In this document: positions 1-12,400 of the stretch, in pieces
Layout of the letters: every line of letters starts with the position of its first letter
How positions within the stretch are numbered: the first letter of the stretch is position 1
Source of the DNA: Auanema rhodensis
Lineage: Eukaryota > Animalia > Nematoda
Direction of reading: 5' to 3'
Length of the DNA stretch: 64,000 nucleotides
Assembly: GCA_964057225.1 (NCBI GenBank)
Contig: CAXKVF010000077.1
Span: forward strand, 682,001-746,000
Position numbers and translations under genes: made by a program
Notes under the pieces: model-generated
The model's database searches: none
Seen by the model: the letters and a program-made list of their open reading frames with translations, nothing else
What the model was told of the DNA's origin: nothing

Positions 1-108
1 AAGCGAGTTACATACCAAGTGCACATCACGTGTACATTTGATTAGCATAAATTAAAGTTCACGTAAATTTCAAAGTCATGGTTACCATGAACCAATATCA
101 ATGAAAAT

Positions 109-196
109 TTGTTTTTAGACTAATATGGACATGGGGAATCTAATTTTGAAAATTGTTTTTAGACTAATATGGACATGGGGAATCTAATTTTGAAAA
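109..196 (+). repeat. 44-bp internal tandem duplication giving a 220-bp monomer (1-220)
   Basis: 109-152 and 153-196 both read TTGTTTTTAGACTAATATGGACATGGGGAATCTAATTTTGAAAA. Confidence 0.95.
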
Positions 197-1208
197 CCGC
201 ATCTCTTTATCTTTCACGTGAAGCGAGTTACATACCAAGTGCACATCACGTGTACATTTAATTAGCATAAATTAAAGTTCACGTAAAATTCAAAGTCATG
301 GTTACCATGCACCAATATCAATAAAAATTTGTTTTTAGACTAATATGGACATGGGGAATCTAATTTTGAAAACCGCATCTCTTTATCTTTCACGTGAAGC
401 GAGTTACATACCAAGTGCACATCACGTGTACATTTAATTAGCATAAATTAAAGTTCACGTAAATTTCAAAGTCATGGTTACCATGAACCAATATCAATAA
501 AAATTTGTTTTTAGACTAATATGGACATGGGGAATCTAATTTTGAAAACTGCATCTCTTTATCTTTCACGTGAAGCGAGTTACATACCAAGTGCACATCA
601 CGTGTACATTTAATTAGCATAAATTAAAGTTCACGTAAATTTCAAAGTCATGGTTACCATGAACCAATATCAATAAAAATTTGTTTTTAGACTAATATGG
701 ACATGGGGAGTCTAATTTTGAAAACCGCATCTCTTCATCTTTCACGTGAAGCGAGTTACATACCAAGTGCACATCACGTGTACATTTAATTAGCATAAAT
801 TAAAGTTCACGTAAATTTCAAAGTCATGGTTACCATGCACCAATATCAATAAAAATTTGTTTTTAGACTAATATGGACATGGGGAATCTAATTTTGAAAA
901 CCGCATCTCTTTATCTTTCACGTGAAGCGAGTTACATACCAAGTGCACATCACGTGTACATTTAATTAGCATAAATTAAAGTTCACGTAAATTTCAAAGT
1001 CATGGTTACCATGAACCAATATCAATGAAAATTTGTTTTTAGACTAATATGGACATGGGGAATCTAATTTTGAAAACCGCATCTCTTTATCTTTCACGTG
1101 AAGCGAGTTACATACCAAGTGCACATCACGTGTACATTTGATTAGCATAAATTAAAGTTCACGTAAATTTCAAAGTCATGGTTACCATGAACCAATATCA
1201 ATGAAAAT

Positions 1209-1296
1209 TTGTTTTTAGACTAATATGGACATGGGGAATCTAATTTTGAAAATTGTTTTTAGACTAATATGGACATGGGGAATCTAATTTTGAAAA
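1209..1296 (+). repeat. Second copy of the 44-bp internal duplication (220-bp monomer 1101-1320)
   Basis: Identical to 109-196 at offset 1100 bp (220 + 5x176); shares the ACATTTG (40/1140) and AATGAAAA variants. Confidence 0.95.
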
Positions 1297-3256
1297 CCGC
1301 ATCTCTTTATCTTTCACGTGAAGCGAGTTACATACCAAGTGCACATCACGTGTACATTTAATTAGCATAAATTAAAGTTCACGTAAAATTCAAAGTCATG
1401 GTTACCATGCACAAATATCAATAAAAATTTGTTTTTAGACTAATATGGACATGGGGAATCTAATTTTGAAAACCGCATCTCTTTATCTTTCACGTGAAGC
1501 GAGTTACATACCAAGTGCACATCACGTGTACATTTAATTAGCATAAATTAAAGTTCACGTAAATTTCAAAGTCATGGTTACCATGCACCAATATCAATAA
1601 AAATTTGTTTTTAGACTAATATGGACATGGGGAATCTAATTTTGAAAACCGCATCTCTTTATCTTTCACGTGAAGCGAGTTACATACCAAGTGTACATCA
1701 AGTGTACATTTAATTAGCATAAATTAAAGTTCACGTAAATTTCAAAGTCATGGTTACCATGCACCAATATCAATAAAAATTTGTTTTTAGACTAATATGG
1801 ACATGGGGAATCTAATTTTGAAAACCGCATCTCTTTATCTTTCACGTGAAGCGAGTTACATACCAAGTGTACATCACGTGTACATTTAATTAGCATAAAT
1901 TAAAGTTCACGTAAATTTCAAAGTCATGGTTACCATGAACTAATATCAATAAAAATTTGTTTTTAGACTAATATGGACATGGGGAATCTAATTTTGAAAA
2001 CCGCATCACTTTATCTTTCACGTGAAGCGAGTTACATACCAAGTGCACATCACGTGTACATTTAATTAGCATAAATTAAAGTTCACGTAAATTTCAAAGT
2101 CATGGTTACCATGCACCAATATCAATAAAAATTTGTTTTTAGACTAATATGGACATGGGGAATCTAATTTTGAAAACCGCATCTCTTTATCTTTCACGTG
2201 AAGCGAGTTACATACCAAGTGCACATCACGTGTACATTTAATTAGCATAAATTAAAGTTCACGTAAATTTCAAAGTCATGGTTACCATGAACCAATATCA
2301 ATAAAAATTTGTTTTTAGACTAATATGGACATGGGGAATCTAATTTTGAAAATCGCATCTCTTTATCTTTCACGTGAAGCGAGTTACATACCAAGTGCAC
2401 ATCACGTGTACATTTAATTAGCATAAATTAAAGTTCACGTAAATTTCAAAGTCAAGGTTACCATGCACCAATATCAATAAAAATTTGTTTTTAGACTAAT
2501 ATGGACATGGGGAATCTAATTTTGAAAACCGCATCTCTTTATCTTTCACGTGAAGCGAGTTACATACCAAGTGCACATCACGTGTACATTTAATTAGCAT
2601 AAATTAAAGTTCACGTAAATTTCAAAGTCATGGTTACCATGAACCAATATCAATAAAAATTTGTTTTTAGACTAATATGGACATGGGGAATCTAATTTTG
2701 AAAATCGCATCTCTTCATCTTTCACGTGAAGCGAGTTACATACCAAGTGCACATCACGTGTACATTTAATTAGCATAAATTAAAGTTCACGTAAATTTCA
2801 AAGTCAAGGTTACCATGCACCAATATCAATAAAAATTTGTTTTTAGACTAATATGGACATGGGGAATCTAATTTTGAAAACCGCATCTCTTTATCTTTCA
2901 CGTGAAGCGAGTTACATACCAAGTGTACATCAAGTGTACATTTAATTAGCATAAATTAAAGTTCACGTAAATTTCAAAGTCATGATTACCATGCACCAAT
3001 ATCAATAAAAATTTGTTTTTAGACTAATGCGGACATGGGGAATCTAATTTTGAAAACCGCATCTCTTTATCTTTCACGTGAAGCGAGTTACATACCAAGT
3101 GCACATCACGTGTACATTTAATTAGCATAAATTAAAGTTCACGTAAATTTCAAAGTCATGGTTACCATGCACCAATATCAATAAAAATTTGTTTTTAGAC
3201 TAATATGGACATGGGGAATCTAATTTTGAAAACCGCATCTCTTTATCTTTCACGTG

Positions 3257-3432
3257 AAGCGAGTTACATACCAAGTGCACATCACGTGTACATTTAATTA
3301 GCATAAATTAAAGTTCACGTAAATTTCAAAGTCATGGTTACCATGAACCAATATCAATAAAAATTTGTTTTTAGACTAATATGGACATGGGGAATCTAAT
3401 TTTGAAAACCGCATCTCTTTATCTTTCACGTG
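3257..3432 (+). repeat. Representative consensus 176-bp monomer (A-type)
   Basis: Matches the majority sequence; 56/176 G+C; five CpGs; contains ApaLI GTGCAC, PmlI CACGTG x2, BsrGI TGTACA and BstEII GGTTACC sites. Confidence 0.95.
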
Positions 3433-6400
3433 AAGCGAGTTACATACCAAGTGCACATCACGTGTACATTTAATTAGCATAAATTAAAGTTCACGTAAAT
3501 TTCAAAGTCATGGTTACCATGAACCAATATCAATAAAAATTTGTTTTTAGACTAATATGGACATGGGGAATCTAATTTTGAAAACCGCATCTCTTTATCT
3601 TTCACGTGAAGCGAGTTACATACCAAGTGCACATCACGTGTACATTTAATTAGCATAAATTAAAGTTCACGTAAATTTCAAAGTCATGGTTACCATGAAC
3701 CAATATCAATAAAAATTTGTTTTTAGACTAATATGGACATGGGGAATCTAATTTTGAAAACCGCATCTCTTTATCTTTCACGTGAAGCGAGTTACATACC
3801 AAGTGCACATCACGTGTACATTTAATTAGCATAAATTAAAGTTCACGTAAATTTCAAAGTCATGGTTACCATGCACCAATATCAATAAAAATTTGTTTTT
3901 AGACTAATATGGACATGGGGAATCTAATTTTGAAAACCGCATCTCTTTATCTTTCACGTGAAGCGAGTTACATACCAAGTGCACATCACGTGTACATTTA
4001 ATTAGCATAAATTAAAGTTCACGTAAATTTCAAAGTCAAGGTTACCATGCACCAATATCAATAAAAATTTGTTTTTAGACTAATATGGACATGGGGAATC
4101 TAATTTTGAAAACCGCATCTCTTTATCTTTCACGTGAAGCGAGTTACATACCAAGTGTACATCAAGTGTACATTTAATTAGCATAAATTAAAGTTCACGT
4201 AAATTTCAAAGTCATGGTTACCATGCACCAATATCAATAAAAATTTGTTTTTAGACTAATATGGACATGGGGAATCTAATTTTGAAAACCGCATCTCTTT
4301 ATCTTTCACGTGAAGCGAGTTACATACCAAGTGCACATCACGTGTACATTTAATTAGCATAAATTAAAGTTCACGTAAATTTCAAAGTCATGGTTACCAT
4401 GCACCAATATCAATAAAAATTTGTTTTTAGACTAATATGGACATGGGGAATCTAATTTTGAAAACCGCATCTCTTTATCTTTCACGTGAAGCGAGTTACA
4501 TACCAAGTGCACATCACGTGTACATTTAATTAGCATAAATTAAAGTTCACGTAAATTTCAAAGTCATGGTTACCATGAACCAATATCAATAAAAATTTGT
4601 TTTTAGACTAATATGGACATGGGGAATCTAATTTTGAAAACCGCATCTCTTTATCTTTCACGTGAAGCGAGTTACATACCAAGTGCACATCACGTGTACA
4701 TTTAATTAGCATAAATTAAAGTTCACGTAAATTTCAAAGTCATGGTTGCCATGAAGCAATATCAATAAAAATTTGTTTTTAGATTAATATGGACATGGGG
4801 AATCTAATTTTGAAAACCGCATCTCTTTATCTTTCAGGTGAAGCGAGTTACATACCAAATGCACATCACGTGTACATTTAATTAGCATAAATTAAAGTTC
4901 ACGTAAATTTCAAAGTCATGGTTACCATGAACCAATATCAATAAAAATTTGTTTTTAGACTAATATGGACATGGGGAATCTAATTTTGAAAACCGCATCT
5001 CTTTATCTTTCACGTGAAGCGAGTTACATACCAAGTGCACATCACGTGTACATTTAATTAGCATAAATTAAAGTTCACGTAAATTTCAAAGTCATGGTTA
5101 CCATGCACCAATATCAATAAAAATTTGTTTTTAGACTAATATGGACATGGGGAATCTAATTTTGAAAACCGCATCTCTTTATCTTTCACGTGAAGCGAGT
5201 TACATACCAAGTGCACATCACGTGTACATTTAATTAGCATAAATTAAAGTTCACGTAAATTTCAAAGTCATGGTTACCATGAACCAATATCAATAAAAAT
5301 TTGTTTTTAGACTAATATGGACATGGGGAATCTAATTTTGAAAACCGCATCTCTTTATCTTTCACGTGAAGCGAGTTACATACCAAGTGCACATCACGTG
5401 TACATTTAATTAGCATAAATTAAAGTTCACGTAAATTTCAAAGTCATGGTTACCATGCACCAATATCAATAAAAATTTGTTTTTAGACTAATATGGACAT
5501 GGGGAATCTAATTTTGAAAACCGCATCTCTTTATCTTTCACGTGAAGCGAGTTACATACCAAGTGCACATCACGTGTACATTTAATTAGCATAAATTAAA
5601 GTTCACGTAAATTTCAAAGTCATGGTTACCATGAACCAATATCAATAAAAATTTGTTTTTAGACTAATATGGACATGGGGAATCTAATTTTGAAAACCGC
5701 ATCTCTTTATCTTTCACGTGAAGCGAGTTACATACCAAGTGCACATCACGTGTACATTTAATTAGCATAAATTAAAGTTCACGTAAATTTCAAAGTCATG
5801 GTTACCATGAACCAATATCAATAAAAATTTGTTTTTAGACTAATATGGACATGGGGAATCTAATTTTGAAAACCGCATCTCTTTATCTTTCACGTGAAGC
5901 GAGTTACATACCAAGTGCACATCACGTGTACATTTAATTAGCATAAATTAAAGTTCACGTAAATTTCAAAGTCATGGTTACCATGAACCAATATCAATAA
6001 AAATTTGTTTTTAGACTAATATGGACATGGGGAATCTAATTTTGAAAACCGCATCTCTTTATCTTTCACGTGAAGCGAGTTACATACCAAGTGCACATCA
6101 CGTGTACATTTAATTAGCATAAATTAAAGTTCACGTAAATTTCAAAGTCATGGTTACCATGCACCAATATCAATAAAAATTTGTTTTTAGACTAATATGG
6201 ACATGGGGAATCTAATTTTGAAAACCGCATCTCTTTATCTTTCACGTGAAGCGAGTTACATACCAAGTGCACATCACGTGTACATTTAATTAGCATAAAT
6301 TAAAGTTCACGTAAATTTCAAAGTCATGGTTACCATGAACCAATATCAATAAAAATTTGTTTTTAGACTAATATGGACATGGGGAATCTAATTTTGAAAA

Positions 6401-9400
6401 CCGCATCTCTTTATCTTTCACGTGAAGCGAGTTACATACCAAGTGCACATCACGTGTACATTTAATTAGCATAAATTAAAGTTCACGTAAATTTCAAAGT
6501 CATGGTTACCATGAACCAATATCAATAAAAATTTGTTTTTAGACTAATATGGACATGGGGAATCTAATTTTGAAAACCGCATCTCTTTATCTTTCACGTG
6601 AAGCGAGTTACATACCAAGTGCACATCACGTGTACATTTAATTAGCATAAATTAAAGTTCACGTAAATTTCAAAGTCATGGTTACCATGCACCAATATCA
6701 ATAAAAATTTGTTTTTAGACTAATATGGACATGGGGAATCTAATTTTGAAAACCGCATCTCTTTATCTTTCACGTGAAGCGAGTTACATACCAAGTGCAC
6801 ATCACGTGTACATTTAATTAGCATAAATTAAAGTTCACGTAAATTTCAAAGTCATGGTTACCATGAACCAATATCAATAAAAATTTGTTTTTAGACTAAT
6901 ATGGACATGGGGAATCTAATTTTGAAAACCGCATCTCTTTATCTTTCACGTGAAGCGAGTTACATACCAAGTGCACATCACGTGTACATTTAATTAGCAT
7001 AAATTAAAGTTCACGTAAATTTCAAAGTCATGGTTACCATGAACCAATATCAATAAAAATTTGTTTTTAGACTAATATGGACATGGGGAATCTAATTTTG
7101 AAAACCGCATCTCTTTATCTTTCACGTGAAGCGAGTTACATACCAAGTGCACATCACGTGTACATTTAATTAGCATAAATTAAAGTTCACGTAAATTTCA
7201 AAGTCATGGTTACCATGCACCAATATCAATAAAAATTTGTTTTTAGACTAATATGGACATGGGGAATCTAATTTTGAAAACCGCATCTCTTTATCTTTCA
7301 CGTGAAGCGAGTTACATACCAAGTGCACATCACGTGTACATTTAATTAGCATAAATTAAAGTTCACGTAAATTTCAAAGTCATGGTTACCATGAACCAAT
7401 ATCAATAAAAATTTGTTTTTAGACTAATATGGACATGGGGAATCTAATTTTGAAAACCGCATCTCTTTATCTTTCACGTGAAGCGAGTTACATACCAAGT
7501 GCACATCACGTGTACATTTAATTAGCATAAATTAAAGTTCACGTAAATTTCAAAGTCATGGTTGCCATGAAGCAATATCAATAAAAATTTGTTTTTAGAC
7601 TAATATGGACATGGAGAATCTAATTTTGAAAACCGCATCTCTTTATCTTTCAGGTGAAGCGAGTTACATACCAAATGCACATCACGTGTACATTTAATTA
7701 GCATAAATTAAAGTTCACGTAAATTTCAAAGTCATGGTTACCATGAACCAATATCAATAAAAATTTGTTTTTAGACTAATATGGACATAGGGAATCTAAT
7801 TTTGAAAACCGCATCTTTTTATCTTTCACGTGAAGCGAGTTACATACCAAGTGCACATCACGTGTACATTTAATTAGCATAAATTAAAGTTCACGTAAAT
7901 TTCAAAGTCATGGTTGCCATGAAGCAATATCAATAAAAATTTGTTTTTAGACTAATATGGACATGGAGAATCTAATTTTGAAAACCGCATCTCTTTATCT
8001 TTCAGGTGAAGCGAGTTACATACCAAATGCACATCACGTGTACATTTAATTAGCATAAATTAAAGTTCACGTAAATTTCAAAGTCATGGTTACCATGAAC
8101 CAATATCAATAAAAATTTGTTTTTAGACTAATATGGACATGGGGAATCTAATTTTGAAAACCGCATCTCTTTATCTTTCACGTGAAGCGAGTTACATACC
8201 AAGTGCACATCACGTGTACATTTAATTAGCATAAATTAAAGTTCACGTAAATTTCAAAGTCATGGTTACCATGCACCAATATCAATAAAAATTTGTTTTT
8301 AGACTAATATGGACATGGGGAATCTAATTTTGAAAACCGCATCTCTTTATCTTTCACGTGAAGCGAGTTACATACCAAGTGCACATCACGTGTACATTTA
8401 ATTAGCATAAATTAAAGTTCACGTAAATTTCAAAGTCATGGTTACCATGAACCAATATCAATAAAAATTTGTTTTTAGACTAATATGGACATGGGGAATC
8501 TAATTTTGAAAACCGCATCTCTTTATCTTTCACGTGAAGCGAGTTACATACCAAGTGCACATCACGTGTACATTTAATTAGCATAAATTAAAGTTCACGT
8601 AAATTTCAAAGTCATGGTTACCATGCACCAATATCAATAAAAATTTGTTTTTAGACTAATATGGACATGGGGAATCTAATTTTGAAAACCGCATCTCTTT
8701 ATCTTTCACGTGAAGCGAGTTACATACCAAGTGCACATCACGTGTACATTTAATTAGCATAAATTAAAGTTCACGTAAATTTCAAAGTCATGGTTACCAT
8801 GAACCAATATCAATAAAAATTTGTTTTTAGACTAATATGGACATGGGGAATCTAATTTTGAAAACCGCATCTCTTTATCTTTCACGTGAAGCGAGTTACA
8901 TACCAAGTGCACATCACGTGTACATTTAATTAGCATAAATTAAAGTTCACGTAAATTTCAAAGTCATGGTTACCATGAACCAATATCAATAAAAATTTGT
9001 TTTTAGACTAATATGGACATGGGGAATCTAATTTTGAAAACCGCATCTCTTTATCTTTCACGTGAAGCGAGTTACATACCAAGTGCACATCACGTGTACA
9101 TTTAATTAGCATAAATTAAAGTTCACGTAAATTTCAAAGTCATGGTTACCATGCACCAATATCAATAAAAATTTGTTTTTAGACTAATATGGACATGGGG
9201 AATCTAATTTTGAAAACCGCATCTCTTTATCTTTCACGTGAAGCGAGTTACATACCAAGTGCACATCACGTGTACATTTAATTAGCATAAATTAAAGTTC
9301 ACGTAAATTTCAAAGTCATGGTTACCATGAACCAATATCAATAAAAATTTGTTTTTAGACTAATATGGACATGGGGAATCTAATTTTGAAAACCGCATCT

Positions 9401-12400
9401 CTTTATCTTTCACGTGAAGCGAGTTACATACCAAGTGCACATCACGTGTACATTTAATTAGCATAAATTAAAGTTCACGTAAATTTCAAAGTCATGGTTA
9501 CCATGAACCAATATCAATAAAAATTTGTTTTTAGACTAATATGGACATGGGGAATCTAATTTTGAAAACCGCATCTCTTTATCTTTCACGTGAAGCGAGT
9601 TACATACCAAGTGCACATCACGTGTACATTTAATTAGCATAAATTAAAGTTCACGTAAATTTCAAAGTCATGGTTACCATGCACCAATATCAATAAAAAT
9701 TTGTTTTTAGACTAATATGGACATGGGGAATCTAATTTTGAAAACCGCATCTCTTTATCTTTCACGTGAAGCGAGTTACATACCAAGTGCACATCACGTG
9801 TACATTTAATTAGCATAAATTAAAGTTCACGTAAATTTCAAAGTCATGGTTACCATGAACCAATATCAATAAAAATTTGTTTTTAGACTAATATGGACAT
9901 GGGGAATCTAATTTTGAAAACCGCATCTCTTTATCTTTCACGTGAAGCGAGTTACATACCAAGTGCACATCACGTGTACATTTAATTAGCATAAATTAAA
10001 GTTCACGTAAATTTCAAAGTCATGGTTGCCATGAAGCAATATCAATAAAAATTTGTTTTTAGACTAATATGGACATGGAGAATCTAATTTTGAAAACCGC
10101 ATCTCTTTATCTTTCAGGTGAAGCGAGTTACATACCAAATGCACATCACGTGTACATTTAATTAGCATAAATTAAAGTTCACGTAAATTTCAAAGTCATG
10201 GTTACCATGAACCAATATCAATAAAAATTTGTTTTTAGACTAATATGGACATGGGGAATCTAATTTTGAAAACCGCATCTCTTTATCTTTCACGTGAAGC
10301 GAGTTACATACCAAGTGCACATCACGTGTACATTTAATTAGCATAAATTAAAGTTCACGTAAATTTCAAAGTCATGGTTGCCATGAAGCAATATCAATAA
10401 AAATTTGTTTTTAGACTAATATGGACATGGAGAATCTAATTTTGAAAACCGCATCTCTTTATCTTTCACGTGAAGCGAGTTACATACCAAGTGCACATCA
10501 CGTGTACATTTAATTAGCATAAATTAAAGTTCACGTAAATTTCAAAGTCATGGTTGCCATGAAGCAATATCAATAAAAATTTGTTTTTAGACTAATATGG
10601 ACATGGAGAATCTAATTTTGAAAACCGCATCTCTTTATCTTTCACGTGAAGCGAGTTACATACCAAGTGCACATCACGTGTACATTTAATTAGCATAAAT
10701 TAAAGTTCACGTAAATTTCAAAGTCATGGTTACCATTAACCAATATCAATAAAAATTTGTTTTTAGACTAATATGGACATGGGGAATCTAATTTTGAAAA
10801 CCGCATCTCTTTATCTTTCACGTGAAGCGAGTTACATACCAAGTGCACATCACGTGTACATTTAATTAGCATAAATTAAAGTTCACGTAAATTTCAAAGT
10901 CATGGTTGCCATGAAGCAATATCAATAAAAATTTGTTTTTAGACTAATATGGACATGGGGAATCTAATTTTGAAAACCGCATCTCTTTATCTTTCACGTG
11001 AAGCGAGTTACATACCAAGTGCACATCACGTGTACATTTAATTAGCATAAATTAAAGTTCACGTAAATTTCAAAGTCATGGTTACCATGAACCAATATCA
11101 ATAAAAATTTGTTTTTAGACTAATATGGACATGGGGAATCTAATTTTGAAAACCGCATCTCTTTATCTTTCACGTGAAGCGAGTTACATACCAAGTGCAC
11201 AACACGTGTACATTTAATTAGCATAAATTAAAGTTCACGTAAATTTCAAAGTCATGGTTGCCATGAAGCAATATCAATAAAAATTTGTTTTTAGACTAAT
11301 ATGGACATGGGGAATCTAATTTTGAAAACCGCATCTCTTTATCTTTCAGGTGAAGCGAGTTACATACCAAATGCACATCACGTGTACATTTAATTAGCAT
11401 AAATTAAAGTTCACGTAAATTTCAAAGTCATGGTTACCATGAACCAATATCAATAAAAATTTGTTTTTAGACTAATATGGACATGGGGAATCTAATTTTG
11501 AAAACCGCATCTCTTTATCTTTCACGTGAAGCGAGTTACATACCAAGTGCACATCACGTGTACATTTAATTAGCATAAATTAAAGTTCACGTAAATTTCA
11601 AAGTCATGGTTACCATGAACCAATATCAATAAAAATTTGTTTTTAGACTAATATGGACATGGGGAATCTAATTTTGAAAACCGCATCTCTTTATCTTTCA
11701 CGTGAAGCGAGTTACATACCAAGTGCACAACACGTGTACATTTAATTAGCATAAATTAAAGTTCACGTAAATTTCAAAGTCATGGTTGCCATGAAGCAAT
11801 ATCAATAAAAATTTGTTTTTAGACTAATATGGACATGGGGAATCTAATTTTGAAAACCGCATCTCTTTATCTTTCAGGTGAAGCGAGTTACATACCAAAT
11901 GCACATCACGTGTACATTTAATTAGCATAAATTAAAGTTCACGTAAATTTCAAAGTCATGGTTACCATGAACCAATATCAATAAAAATTTGTTTTTAGAC
12001 TAATATGGACATGGGGAATCTAATTTTGAAAACCGCATCTCTTTATCTTTCACGTGAAGCGAGTTACATACCAAGTGCACATCACGTGTACATTTAATTA
12101 GCATAAATTAAAGTTCACGTAAATTTCAAAGTCATGGTTACCATGCACCAATATCAATAAAAATTTGTTTTTAGACTAATATGGACATGGGGAATCTAAT
12201 TTTGAAAACCGCATCTCTTTATCTTTCACGTGAAGCGAGTTACATACCAAGTGCACATCACGTGTACATTTAATTAGCATAAATTAAAGTTCACGTAAAT
12301 TTCAAAGTCATGGTTACCATGAACCAATATCAATAAAAATTTGTTTTTAGACTAATATGGACATGGGGAATCTAATTTTGAAAACCGCATCTCTTTATCT

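Noticed and set aside
245-396. Budding-yeast-type point centromere (CDEI-CDEII-CDEIII) in each monomer
   Set aside because: ATCACGTG fits CDEI, but the following DNA is not the >90% AT CDEII, and the CCG lies in AACCGCAT rather than the CDEIII TTCCGAA context.
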